DNA of 64,000 nt from Gammaproteobacteria bacterium (GTDB taxonomy: Bacteria > Pseudomonadota > Gammaproteobacteria > Steroidobacterales > Rariloculaceae): positions 71,002 to 135,001 of the forward strand of contig DASWKF010000084.1 in the NCBI GenBank assembly GCA_036396795.1. Reading direction: 5' to 3'. Below the pieces are notes generated by a model. It searched no databases, had not been told where the DNA came from, and worked only from the letters and a program-made list of their open reading frames with translations. Made by a program: the position numbers and the translations under genes. Shown piece after piece: positions 1 to 9,211 of the stretch (position 1 is the first letter of the stretch; the number at the start of each line of letters is the position of its first letter).

Positions 1-788
1 CGGAAGTGGAAGACCTGCGCTCGATTGCGCAGCTGAGGTTCGCGGAAGAGCTGAGCCCGCAGGTTTTCGATGGCTACGTCGAGGTGGACGGGCGCGGCAT
101 TTACCAGCTCAGGCGTCTGCCCGCCGAAGACGACCCGCAGTATTTCCGCAGCCAGCGAGTCCGCGAGCGCGAGCACGTTTTCATCGATACGCTCAACCAG
201 CACTATGCCGACTTCTACCAGGACGCAGGTGATTCCTACGACGGTTGGCGCGAGTATGCCCGCGAGGAAGCCATCTCGATTCGCGAGCTGCAGCGTTCGT
301 CGCGCTGGCGAACGGGGATGGGTATTGCGACGATCGTCGCCTCGGTGTTGTATGGCGCCAATAGCGACGGTCAATTCAGCGACAGGATCGTTCGCGACAC
401 CTTGATGTACATGGGTATGGATCTCATCAGGACGGCGCGCGTGCGCCGCGAGGAGAAGCGGCTCCACGCCGAGGCGCTCGAGGAGTTGTCCGCGAGTTTC
501 GACGAAGAAGTCAGACCGTTGGTCGTGGAGATCGAAGGCACTCAGCACCGATTGACCGGCACGGCGGAAATTCAGTACGAGGAATGGCGCGAGCTTCTGC
601 GGCAGCTGTACGAGGCCGAAACCGGATTCACAACAGAGATCGACGTCTATACGGAGGAGCAGGCCGAGACGCTCGAGCCGGACGACGGTCTCGAGACGAC
701 CCCGATCGACGCCGAGGCCTTCGAGGCGGAAGGCGATGCCCAGCAAGCGCCCGCGGACAACTTTGCCGGAGCCACAGCCGGGATCTGA
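1..788 (+). CDS. hypothetical protein, 5' end probably outside the window
   Basis: The frame stays open leftward to position 3; the first listed start is a GTG at 6. No motif recognised. One short hydrophobic stretch (MGIATIVASVLYGA) and an acidic C-terminus. Same strand as the cluster downstream and directly upstream of it. Confidence 0.5.
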   Translation, partial: EVEDLRSIAQLRFAEELSPQVFDGYVEVDGRGIYQLRRLPAEDDPQYFRSQRVREREHVFIDTLNQHYADFYQDAGDSYDGWREYAREEAISIRELQRSSRWRTGMGIATIVASVLYGANSDGQFSDRIVRDTLMYMGMDLIRTARVRREEKRLHAEALEELSASFDEEVRPLVVEIEGTQHRLTGTAEIQYEEWRELLRQLYEAETGFTTEIDVYTEEQAETLEPDDGLETTPIDAEAFEAEGDAQQAPADNFAGATAGI

Positions 789-864
789 TCTCCGGCGGAA
801 ATTCGCGCTGACCGAAAGCTCCGCCCGGCGGCAGCCCGCGTCAGCCCCGCCGGCGCTGCCCCCG

Positions 865-1662
865 ATGATCCACGGCGAGCTGCGACTCACCTCCAAATTG
901 GGCGGCGGCGCGGTCACCGAGGTCTGGCACGCCGTTACGCCGGCAGGCAGCGGCGTCGCGGTAAAGCTGCCCTTGCCCGAATGGGCAGGCCACCCGGGCG
1001 CGGCGAAGCTGGTGGAGCGCGAATGGCGCCATTTGCTCGTGGCGGCGCACCCTGGTGTCGTCCGACCGCTGCATTTGGTCGCGACGGCGCGGGGCCCCGG
1101 GCTGGTCGCCGAGCTCCTCGACGGAGGCGATCTCGTCTCTCTCTGCGGCAGCCATCCGAGGCATTGGGCCAGGGCTTGCCGCCAAATCGCCGCAGCGCTG
1201 AACCATCTCCACGAGCGCGGCATCGTCCATCGAGACGTCAAGCCCGGCAATGTCCTTTTCGATTGCCGCGGTGACGCTAAGCTCATCGACTTGGCGCTAG
1301 CGCAAAGATCGGGCAGCGTCGCAAGCGCGGGCGGCGGCACACCGGCTTACCAGAGCCCGAGCCAGCGAAGCGGCGCTGCTGCCCGCGACGCGGACGACAC
1401 GCACGCTTTTGCGGTGCTGCTCTACGAGCTCTTGACGGGGCGCTTACCCTTCGGCCGGCAGCCGACCTTGGCGGACTTGGAAAGGCGGCCGCCGTCCCCA
1501 ATGAAACTGACGCCGCGGCACGCCGCGGACGCGATGCTGGCGGAGCTCACCAAGCGCGTCGTGGACCTGCTGACGGCTGCGGGGCACCTTGCGGCCGACG
1601 CGATGCCGGCGATCGAGCGGAGCTTAGACGCTATCATTGCCGCTCACGGCCAGGAAGCTTGA
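865..1662 (+). CDS. Hanks-type Ser/Thr protein kinase, catalytic domain only
   Basis: Ordered motifs: Gly-loop LGGGAVTEV, VAVK lysine, catalytic loop HRDVKPGN. DLA replaces DFG and there is no clean APE. ATG 865 lies 10 aa before the Gly-loop; the alternative ATG 736 would overlap the previous gene by 53 nt. Confidence 0.8.
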   Translation: MIHGELRLTSKLGGGAVTEVWHAVTPAGSGVAVKLPLPEWAGHPGAAKLVEREWRHLLVAAHPGVVRPLHLVATARGPGLVAELLDGGDLVSLCGSHPRHWARACRQIAAALNHLHERGIVHRDVKPGNVLFDCRGDAKLIDLALAQRSGSVASAGGGTPAYQSPSQRSGAAARDADDTHAFAVLLYELLTGRLPFGRQPTLADLERRPPSPMKLTPRHAADAMLAELTKRVVDLLTAAGHLAADAMPAIERSLDAIIAAHGQEA

Positions 1663-1666
1663 GAAG

Positions 1667-3181
1667 GTGGAAGAGCGACACGATCGGGATCCGGGGCACG
1701 AAGAAGTCATCGTGCCCGTAAAGGCATCGCAGGCGCCAGCTTCGCCGGCGCCCGTGCTCGAGGGACGGGCGCCGCGCGCGTCACGGTTGCCGCTCATTGC
1801 CGTCGGACTCCTGTTACTGACCCTGGCCGGCGGCGTCTTCTTCGTATTGCCGAATTGGGTGGCTGAGCAGTCTCCGTCTCCCGAGGTTCGCGCCGAGCTC
1901 GAGCCGCCAATCCCGAATGCGCCCGAGGCACCGGCTTTATCGCCGGAGGAGCTCGCGGCGCTGCAGCAGCAGGCCGAATCCCTGCTCGCGGAGCTGCTGA
2001 CGCAGCAGGCTCGTCTGGAAGCGTTTTCGGCTTCCGAATGGGGAGCGGGCGCGTGGACGGAGTATCGAGAATCGTCTCGAGCCGGGGACGATGCCTATCT
2101 CGCGAATGCTTTCCACGATGCCGTGCCGGCGTATTCGCGGGCGCTGGAGCTTGGCGCGCAGTTGCTCGAGAGGTCGACCACGATCGTCGACGCGGCGCTC
2201 GAGGCGGGCCGCGCCGCGCTGGAGGCCGGCAATGCAGCCGTGGCCGCCGAGCAATACGGCCTCGTGCTTGCGATAGACGCCGAGAACAGCGTGGCGCGAG
2301 AGGGTCTGGCGCGGGCGGAGAAGCTTCCCGAGGTGCTGGCTCTGGTGCGTCAGGCCCAAGACGCGCAGCGGGCGGGAGAGCTCGAGCAGGCCGCGCAGCA
2401 CTATCGAGAGGCGCTTGCGATCGATGCCGCTTGGCTACCCGCGAGCAGCGCGCTCGCGGATGTCGAGGAAATGCTTCGCGATCGAGGATTCGAGGCGCAG
2501 ATGTCCCATGGCTTGGCCGCGCTCGCGGCCGAGGACTACGACCGCGCCCACGAGTTCTTCAACGCCGCGCTCGTGATTCGTCCGGGTGCGACCGAGGCCC
2601 TGGACGGGAGCTTGCAGGCTGAGCAGGGGCAGCGGCTCGACCAGATAGCCCTGATCGAGGCGCGAGCGCTCGCGTTCGAACGGCGTGAGCTCTGGAGTCA
2701 GGCCATCGAGCAGTACGAACACGCATTGGAAACGGATACGACGCTGATCTTCGCCCAGCAGGGCCTCACGCGCACGCGAGCCAGGGCCGACTTGGACACG
2801 AAGCTCGGCCATTTGCTCGCGAACCCGAATCTGCTTTTCGACGACGGCGTTCTGGCGGACTCGCGCGAGCTGCTTGCAGAAGCTCGCGCGATCGAGGAAC
2901 GCGGTCAACGCCTCACCGGGCAGATCGAGGAGCTAGGGCGCCTTGTCACGCTCGCTTCGACGCCGGTCACGGTCGAGCTGCGGTCCGACCAGATGACCGA
3001 CGTCATGCTCTATCGCATCGGCGAGCTCGGTGCGTTCGCGGTGACCACCGTGGAGCTCAGGCCGGGAACCTACACCGCAGTCGGCAGCCGCAACGGCTAT
3101 CGGGACGTTCGCGAGACTTTCACCGTGTACCCCGGTCGCGAGCTCGCGCCGATTCGTGTGCAGTGCGTCGAGCCGATTTGA
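1667..3181 (+). CDS. single-pass membrane protein with TPR-like helical repeats and a C-terminal beta-rich (PEGA-like) module
   Basis: TM segment LPLIAVGLLLLTLAGGVFFVL, then Ala/Leu-rich repeat region. C-terminus VTVELRSD...YTAVGSRNGYRDVRETFTV. Start is GTG 1667 (AGGAAG 10 nt upstream) or TTG 1637, which overlaps the kinase stop. Confidence 0.6.
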   Translation: MEERHDRDPGHEEVIVPVKASQAPASPAPVLEGRAPRASRLPLIAVGLLLLTLAGGVFFVLPNWVAEQSPSPEVRAELEPPIPNAPEAPALSPEELAALQQQAESLLAELLTQQARLEAFSASEWGAGAWTEYRESSRAGDDAYLANAFHDAVPAYSRALELGAQLLERSTTIVDAALEAGRAALEAGNAAVAAEQYGLVLAIDAENSVAREGLARAEKLPEVLALVRQAQDAQRAGELEQAAQHYREALAIDAAWLPASSALADVEEMLRDRGFEAQMSHGLAALAAEDYDRAHEFFNAALVIRPGATEALDGSLQAEQGQRLDQIALIEARALAFERRELWSQAIEQYEHALETDTTLIFAQQGLTRTRARADLDTKLGHLLANPNLLFDDGVLADSRELLAEARAIEERGQRLTGQIEELGRLVTLASTPVTVELRSDQMTDVMLYRIGELGAFAVTTVELRPGTYTAVGSRNGYRDVRETFTVYPGRELAPIRVQCVEPI

Positions 3182-5616
3182 TGACGATGAACCCAGATTG
3201 GGTAATCAGGGCCGAGATCGGCGGTGAGTCGAGGTACTTCACGGCGGACTCGTTGCCGATCCTAGTGGGGGCCGATACCCAGGCCGATATTCGCTTGCAG
3301 GGCGTGTCGGGGTCGGTGCAGATCGGCGTGCTGGAAGGCGCATTCTTCGTGCAGGCGGGGCGTGAGACGCGCAACCTGCGCGTCGACGGCGAGCTCGTCC
3401 GCGGCTCCAGGCGCCTCAAGGGCAACGAGGCGATCGCGCTCGACAGCGCGCGGCTGGGCTGCCGTTTGGACGACGAACGGCTGGCCATCACGATCGAAGG
3501 CCAAATCACGGGGGGTGACACGGCCCCGCCCGATCTCGACGAGCTCGCTCGCGAGAGCGACGACTTCGGCGCCGTTGAAATCAAGCCGATCAGCTTTCGT
3601 CCGGCAGCGAGCGCCGCGCCTGGCGAGGGCCGGCGGCGCGCGAGTGCCGCCGGCGTCGGCGTGACGGCTGCTTTCGGCGTGCTCGCTGTGCTCGGCTGGT
3701 TCGCCTTCACCGCGAAGTCCGTCGAGATCATCGTGACGCCTGTGCCCGAGGAGCTTCGCCTGCCCGGCACGCTGTTGAAGCTCAAGCTCACCGACCGTTT
3801 CCTGCTCAGATCGGGGCAGCACCGCGTTGAAGCCGCGTTGGCCGGTTACTATCCGCTGGACACGACCATCGAGGTCGGCCCGGCGCCGGACCAGTCGATC
3901 GGGCTCGAGCTCGAGAGACTACCCGGGCTCGTCACGCTCGCGACGGAACCCGCCGTCGGCGCGGAGGTCCGGCTCGACGGCGATCGGCTCGGAACCACGC
4001 CGTTGCAGGACGTGGAAATCCGACCCGGGAGGCACCGGCTGGAATTCGTCGCCGAACGTTTTCTCGCCGAGGTTCGAGAGCTCGACGTCACTGGCGGCGG
4101 TGAGCGCCAGAGCCTCAACGTGGTGCTGACTCCGAGCTGGGCGCCCGTGAGTTTCAGCAGCGAGCCCGCGGGTGCCGAAGTGCTGGTCGACGGACGCGCG
4201 CTGGGCGTTACGCCGATCGAGCTCGAGCTGACGGCGGGTGAACGGGACGTCGAGCTTCGGCTGCCTGGCTACAACGCTTGGCGCGACACGCTCGTCGTTT
4301 ATGCCGACCAGCCCGAGGTCGTACCGCCGGTCCGCCTGACCCAAGCCGACGGGCGAGTCGAGCTGATTACCGACCCGGCCGGCGCTGTGGTGAGCGTCAA
4401 CGGCGAGTTTCGTGGGCAGACACCGTTGACCTTGCGCCTCGACCCTGGAAGGCAGCATTCGATCAACTTGAGCAAGCCCGGCTACGAGCCGGTCACCGAG
4501 ACACTTTCCGTCGCCGCCGATAGCGGCCGGCGACTGAGTCTGGACCTAGTCGCGCAGCTCGGTGTCGTGGATGTCTCGAGCGAGCCGCCGGGCGCGCAAG
4601 TTTGGGTGGACGGCGAGCGCGCCGGAACGACGCCGCAACAGCTGACGCTGACCGCTCTGCCGCATCGGCTGGAACTACGGCAGGACGGCTACGCGAGCGT
4701 GAGCACAGAGCTCACGCCCAGGCCGGGGTTTCCGCAGGCGTGGGCGGCCGTCCTCGAGCGGCAAGATTCGCTTTCGGGGTCGGGTTATCGCGCATCGATC
4801 GAGACGAGCCTGGGGCAGGCGCTCAGGCTCGTATTGCCGGGAGAGTTCACCATGGGTTCTTCGCGGCGCGAGCAGGGACGCCGCACCAACGAGGTGCTGA
4901 GACCCGTGCGGCTCAGCCGGGCGTTCTATCTGGGCGTGACGGAGGTCAGCAACGCGCAGTTTCGCGCCTTCAGGCCCGATCACGACTCCGGAGACTTTTC
5001 CGGCGTGAGCCTCAACGAGGACGAGCAACCCGTCGTGCGCGTCTCCTGGGAAGAGATCGCGGAGTACTTGAACTGGTTGAGCATCAGGGACGGCCTGCAG
5101 CCCGTCTACGAGGAAGCGAACGGCGCCTGGACCGCAGTGAGGCCTCTACGCAGCGGCTATCGGCTGCCGACCGAGGCGGAATGGGCCTGGGCCGCGCGTT
5201 TCGCCGAGCAGGACGAGCCCCTGGTCTTTCCCTGGGGCGCCGAGCTGCCCCCGCCGGACCGTTTCGGCAACTTCGCGGATCTGTCGGCCGCGCAGCTGCT
5301 GCCGACGACCCTGGTGACTTATAACGACGGTTTCGCGGTTTCCGCGCCCGTAGGCAGCTTCGCCGCCAACGCCGTCGGGATTTTCGATCTGGGCGGAAAT
5401 GTGGCCGAATGGGTTCAGGATTACTATGAGATCGGCCGAAGCGTGACGGACGAGGTCGCCGTCGACCCGCTCGGACCGGAAAGCGGCCGCTTCCGGGTGG
5501 TTCGGGGGTCGAGCTGGCGCAGCGCGACCGTCACGGATCTGCGCAGCGCCGCGAGGAACTACAGTGCCGAAGCGCGAGAAGACGTCGGTTTCAGAGTTGC
5601 CAGAAACCTGGAATGA
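3181..5616 (+). CDS. FHA-like / TM / 5x PEGA / formylglycine-generating-enzyme (SUMF1) domain protein
   Basis: Degenerate FHA-like N-terminus (ILVGADTQADIRLQG...FFVQAG...LRVDGELV). TM segment AAFGVLAVLGWFAFTA. Five PEGA-type repeats, e.g. PAGAEVLVDGRALGVTPIELEL, PAGAVVSVNGEFRGQTPLTL, PPGAQVWVDGERAGTTPQQL. C-terminal FGE-sulfatase motifs RVSWEEIAEYLNWLS, YRLPTEAEWAWAAR, GNVAEWVQDYY, RVVRGSSW. ATG 3181 overlaps the upstream stop (TGATG). Confidence 0.8.
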   Translation: MTMNPDWVIRAEIGGESRYFTADSLPILVGADTQADIRLQGVSGSVQIGVLEGAFFVQAGRETRNLRVDGELVRGSRRLKGNEAIALDSARLGCRLDDERLAITIEGQITGGDTAPPDLDELARESDDFGAVEIKPISFRPAASAAPGEGRRRASAAGVGVTAAFGVLAVLGWFAFTAKSVEIIVTPVPEELRLPGTLLKLKLTDRFLLRSGQHRVEAALAGYYPLDTTIEVGPAPDQSIGLELERLPGLVTLATEPAVGAEVRLDGDRLGTTPLQDVEIRPGRHRLEFVAERFLAEVRELDVTGGGERQSLNVVLTPSWAPVSFSSEPAGAEVLVDGRALGVTPIELELTAGERDVELRLPGYNAWRDTLVVYADQPEVVPPVRLTQADGRVELITDPAGAVVSVNGEFRGQTPLTLRLDPGRQHSINLSKPGYEPVTETLSVAADSGRRLSLDLVAQLGVVDVSSEPPGAQVWVDGERAGTTPQQLTLTALPHRLELRQDGYASVSTELTPRPGFPQAWAAVLERQDSLSGSGYRASIETSLGQALRLVLPGEFTMGSSRREQGRRTNEVLRPVRLSRAFYLGVTEVSNAQFRAFRPDHDSGDFSGVSLNEDEQPVVRVSWEEIAEYLNWLSIRDGLQPVYEEANGAWTAVRPLRSGYRLPTEAEWAWAARFAEQDEPLVFPWGAELPPPDRFGNFADLSAAQLLPTTLVTYNDGFAVSAPVGSFAANAVGIFDLGGNVAEWVQDYYEIGRSVTDEVAVDPLGPESGRFRVVRGSSWRSATVTDLRSAARNYSAEAREDVGFRVARNLE

Positions 5617-5667
5617 TCGGTTGCGAGAGGGGTCTAACATGACGATTTTTTGTCGGAGGCCGCTGGT

Positions 5668-5877
5668 ATGAAACTTACTCGATGGATCGTTGCGGGCGTG
5701 CTGTTCGCGGCCGCCGCGTTCGTTTCCGTGGGCCAGGAGCCCGGATCCGAAAACCCTCCCGCGCGGGATGATTCCACGGAAGCGCCGGCCGATGACGCGC
5801 GCACCTTGGAAGAGATCTTCATTCCCAGCGAGGAGATCGCTGCCGACGAGGAAGTCACCTTCCCGATCGATATTTAG
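5668..5877 (+). CDS. small secreted acidic protein (69 aa)
   Basis: GGAGG 8 nt upstream of ATG 5668. Signal-peptide-like N-terminus MKLTRWIVAGVLFAAAAFVSVG, followed by a Glu/Asp/Pro-rich tail. No family recognised. Confidence 0.5.
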   Translation: MKLTRWIVAGVLFAAAAFVSVGQEPGSENPPARDDSTEAPADDARTLEEIFIPSEEIAADEEVTFPIDI

Positions 5878-5908
5878 CCGGAGCCGACGCCGCGGAGCTC
5901 ACCAGCAC

Positions 5909-6715
5909 ATGAACCGTACGTTCCCAACGGAATTCCTCTATCAAGTGTTCGCCCTGATCATCGCGGTGATCATCGTGCACGCGGTCTATGTGACCGTGGT
6001 CCGCCCGCGAGCGACCGAAGCCCTTGCTGAGCAGACTCTCAGAATCCAGGAGGAGGAGAGCTATACGGTCGAACGCTCTTTGTGGGTGCTGCTCAGGGAC
6101 TATGAGCAGGAAGCCTGTTTCGTGCTGATGATTTGGGCATTCTCGATCATGGGCTTCAAGGGCAGGCAAGCTCTTTCGGAACGATCCCTGCTGCAGCGAG
6201 AGCTGATCCCGGTCCGCGGCGGGGTGAGAATTCTTCCCGAGGATACGCGCGAATACGCGCGCACTATCCAGGCGCTTCCCGATCGCATGCGGGAGATGCT
6301 GTTGCCCAGGGTGTTGCTGTCCTCACTGGAGCGGTTCGGCTCGACGCGCAACGTCCAGGACGTGTCCTCCGTCGCCAATACCCTGTGCGAATCCGAAGGC
6401 GAGAGGTTGGAGTCCGAGCTGTCGATGATCCGCTACATCGCGTGGGCAATTCCTTCCGTGGGGTTCATCGGGACGGTTCGCGGCATCGGCGATGCGCTCG
6501 GGCAGGCCCACCGGGCGGTTGACGGCGACATAACAGGCGTAACTCAGAGCTTGGGCACGGCGTTCAACTCGACCTTCATCGCGCTGCTCATCTCTATCGT
6601 CGTGATGTTCTTGGTGCACCAGCTGCAGTTGCTTCAAGAACGCTTGGTCTTCGACACGCAGACCTACATCGACCACAACCTGATCCGACACATGCAAGCG
6701 CGTGGCGGCCAGTAG
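5909..6715 (+). CDS. MotA/TolQ/ExbB-family proton-channel-like protein (268 aa, MotA-like 4-TM layout)
   Basis: C-terminal signature YIAWAIPSVGFIGTVRGIGDALGQ...LGTAFNSTFIALLISIVVMFLVHQL. N-terminal TM YQVFALIIAVIIVHAVYVTVV, a second TM ACFVLMIWAFSIMGF, and a roughly 90-aa loop before the signature TMs. ATG 5909 chosen; the listed 5690 start gives an Arg/Pro-rich out-of-frame-looking extension overlapping the previous gene. Confidence 0.75.
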   Translation: MNRTFPTEFLYQVFALIIAVIIVHAVYVTVVRPRATEALAEQTLRIQEEESYTVERSLWVLLRDYEQEACFVLMIWAFSIMGFKGRQALSERSLLQRELIPVRGGVRILPEDTREYARTIQALPDRMREMLLPRVLLSSLERFGSTRNVQDVSSVANTLCESEGERLESELSMIRYIAWAIPSVGFIGTVRGIGDALGQAHRAVDGDITGVTQSLGTAFNSTFIALLISIVVMFLVHQLQLLQERLVFDTQTYIDHNLIRHMQARGGQ

Positions 6716-6726
6716 CGGAACCCGCG

Positions 6727-8130
6727 ATGTCGACCATCGCCATCGATCTCAATGACGCAAGTATCGTGGTAGCCGATGCTGCCGGTGTGCGGCTCAGCGA
6801 GCCCGGCTACGCGTTCGTCGACGCTGGGCGGATCGTCACGGGACAGCAGGCGTATGCCAACGCCCGGCTGCATCCGCGACGGAGCGCGAATCGATACTGG
6901 GAACGTTTGAGCCTGGATGCAGGCAGCGCGGGGCTCGACGCCGTCGGAAGCGCGGCGGAGCTTGCGATCGCTCAGCTTCGCTCCCTGTGGGAGCGCGCCG
7001 GCGGCTCGAGCGAGGATGTGCTGGTGATGGCACCGGGCCATTACGACCGCAGCCAACTCGGCATCTTGCTGGGTCTGTTGCAGGAATGCGGTATCGGCGT
7101 GAGCTCGCTGGTCAATCCGGCAGTGGCCGCCGCGGTGCAGCCTTACCGAGGGTGTCAGCTCGTGCACGTCGATGCCGGGCTGCATAGAGTGTCGGTGACG
7201 CCTCTGGAGCAGGGCGACCAGGTCTCGGCTCTGACCGCCAGGTCGATCGACAGCATCGGCCTGGCCGCCATCAGAGACATGCTCGCGAAACGCGTTGCCG
7301 AGCTTTTCGTGCTGGAGACGCGCTTCGACCCGTTTCACAGCGCGGCCAGCGAGCAGCAGGTATACGAGCGTCTACCCGCCTGGCTGACCGAGCTTCGCAG
7401 CTCGAGCGGGAGGCTCGAGCTGCATTTGCCGCGAGAAGACGAGGACTTGAGCGTCGAGGTGGAGCGCGAGCAGTTGTTGGGCGTGACGGCGGGATTCCAC
7501 CGCGCGATCGTGCAGCTGATCGCGCAGGCGCGCGACCCCGGGGAGCGGCTCGTCATCTTGCTGTCCGATCGACTCGCCGAGCTTCCCGGATTGATCAATG
7601 AGCTCGAGCGCCTCGACGACTCCACGGTCGTGCCGCTGGAAGCGGGCGAAGCGGCCGTCGGGGTGGCTCGGCACGCCGCGGCGATCTCCAAGAGGGGCGG
7701 CGAGGTGAGGCTGCTAAAGCGATTGCCGTGGCGAGAGAGCGGCGCGACGGTCAGCCCGAGCCGGGCAGAATCAACCGCCAGGTCGGAGCCCGCGACGAAT
7801 CGCAACGGCCTGGACGACGCCAGCCATGTCGTCTATGGGGGGGTTGCCTACGCGGTGGACGGCACGGGTCTGTTGATCGGCAGAGAGCAATCGGGCGACC
7901 GCGCCACCATCGTCCTCAACGGAGGGCAGGGCGGCGTCTCGCGGGCTCATTGCGAGATCGTCAGGCGCGACGGTGAGCTCAAGCTCGTGGACTTGAGCCG
8001 CTTTGGAACTTTCGTCAACGAGAAGCGCGTCTCGGGCGAGACCGTGCTGCACGTCGCCGACGTGATTCGCATTGGATCCCCGGGAGAGCAGATTCAAGTA
8101 ATACGAATGAGGCACGCTCATGGCTCGTAA
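6727..8130 (+). CDS. Hsp70/actin-fold (ASKHA)-like protein with C-terminal FHA domain
   Basis: N-terminus IAIDLNDASIVVA (compare DnaK IGIDLGTTNS), LVNPAVAAAV (compare NEPTAAAL), VHVDAGLHRVSVT (compare DLGGGT). The C-terminal FHA is canonical: LLIGRE...VSRAHCEIVRRDGELKLVDLSRFGTFVNEKRV. Confidence 0.7.
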   Translation: MSTIAIDLNDASIVVADAAGVRLSEPGYAFVDAGRIVTGQQAYANARLHPRRSANRYWERLSLDAGSAGLDAVGSAAELAIAQLRSLWERAGGSSEDVLVMAPGHYDRSQLGILLGLLQECGIGVSSLVNPAVAAAVQPYRGCQLVHVDAGLHRVSVTPLEQGDQVSALTARSIDSIGLAAIRDMLAKRVAELFVLETRFDPFHSAASEQQVYERLPAWLTELRSSSGRLELHLPREDEDLSVEVEREQLLGVTAGFHRAIVQLIAQARDPGERLVILLSDRLAELPGLINELERLDDSTVVPLEAGEAAVGVARHAAAISKRGGEVRLLKRLPWRESGATVSPSRAESTARSEPATNRNGLDDASHVVYGGVAYAVDGTGLLIGREQSGDRATIVLNGGQGGVSRAHCEIVRRDGELKLVDLSRFGTFVNEKRVSGETVLHVADVIRIGSPGEQIQVIRMRHAHGS

Positions 8131-9211
8131 GCCCGTGAACGTGTTCTCCCTGTCGTTCCTCGACGCGATGACCTGCGGATTCGGCGCGGTGATCCTGTTC
8201 TTCATGATCATCAACGCGAATATCGAGCAACGACGGCTCGTCGTGGTTGACGATCTCGCCGCCGAAGTGGACCGAATGGAGCTCAAGGTGCTTACCGGCC
8301 GCAAGAATCTGGTGCAGCTCAAGGACGATCTGGCCAAGCTCATCGAGCAATGGGCGGTGCTCAGAGGCATGAGGCAGGAGATCATCAACGAGATCCAGCG
8401 CACGGAATCCGAATTCAGCGTCCTGAACGCGGATACCGAGGCACAGAGAGACGCCGTGCAGCAGTTGCGCGCAGACTTGGAGAGGCTCGAGCAGGAGACG
8501 CAGCGACTTCAAGCCGCCAGCATCACGCCGGAAGTCGCGGGGAACCGGATTCGCAGCTTTACCGGTGAGGGGAATCGCCAGTACCTCACGGGTCTGCGCA
8601 TGGGAGGAGAGCACGTCGTCATACTCGTGGATGCTTCCACGAGCATGCTCGACCGAACCATCGTCAACATCATTCGCCGACGCAACATGCCCGTGCAGGC
8701 GCAGATCGACGCGCCCAAGTGGCAACAGGCGGTCAATACGGTGGACTGGCTCACGACTCAGCTCCAACCCGGCACGCAGTTTCAGATCTACGCCTTCAAC
8801 GAAAAGGCGTGGTCCCTGATCGAAGGCACCGACGGTCAGTGGCTCCGCGTCACGGACGGCAGCGAGCTCGAGCAAGCCGTTCAGGCCTTGCGGCGCATGG
8901 CGCCGAAAGGGCCGACGAGCCTGCACGCGGCGTTTGCGAGCCTGAGACCGCTCAATCCGCCGCCTGACAACATCTATCTGCTCGTGGACGGTCTGCCGAC
9001 GATCGGCGAAGTCATGCCGGTAAGAGCGGGCGTGACCGGGCGTGAGCGGATGGGACATTTCAACCGCGCGGTGCGCGATTTGCCGTTCAACGTGCCCGTC
9101 AACATCATTCTGTATGCGATGGAAGGAGACCCGCAGGCGGCGCCGGCCTACTGGTGGCTCGCGCTTCGAACCGGAGGCTCGATGATGGCTCCATCGGAGG
9201 ATTGGCCATGA
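8120..9211 (+). CDS. ExbD/TolR/MotB-like N-terminal TM (buried Asp) + coiled-coil + vWA (MIDAS) protein, paralog 1
   Basis: N-terminus VNVFSLSFLDAMTCGFGAVILFFMII. Heptad-rich stretch (LKVLTGRKNLVQLKDDLAKLIEQ...LRADLERLEQETQRLQ). vWA motifs VVILVDASTSM (DxSxS), KGPTSL, YLLVDGLPT. GAGG 7 nt upstream of ATG 8120; overlaps the upstream gene by 11 nt. Confidence 0.75.
   Translation: MARKPVNVFSLSFLDAMTCGFGAVILFFMIINANIEQRRLVVVDDLAAEVDRMELKVLTGRKNLVQLKDDLAKLIEQWAVLRGMRQEIINEIQRTESEFSVLNADTEAQRDAVQQLRADLERLEQETQRLQAASITPEVAGNRIRSFTGEGNRQYLTGLRMGGEHVVILVDASTSMLDRTIVNIIRRRNMPVQAQIDAPKWQQAVNTVDWLTTQLQPGTQFQIYAFNEKAWSLIEGTDGQWLRVTDGSELEQAVQALRRMAPKGPTSLHAAFASLRPLNPPPDNIYLLVDGLPTIGEVMPVRAGVTGRERMGHFNRAVRDLPFNVPVNIILYAMEGDPQAAPAYWWLALRTGGSMMAPSEDWP

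Noticed and set aside
8015-9058. 347-aa minus-strand ORF, plus similar long ORFs at 17515-18726 (+), 20660-21796 (+), 28532-29593 (-), 38420-39748 (-), 54179-55558 (-) and 30484-31026 (+)
   Set aside because: Each lies antisense to, or out of frame with, a gene that has clear family motifs. Their products are Arg/Ala/Gly/Pro-rich with no motifs. Long shadow ORFs are expected in GC-rich DNA.
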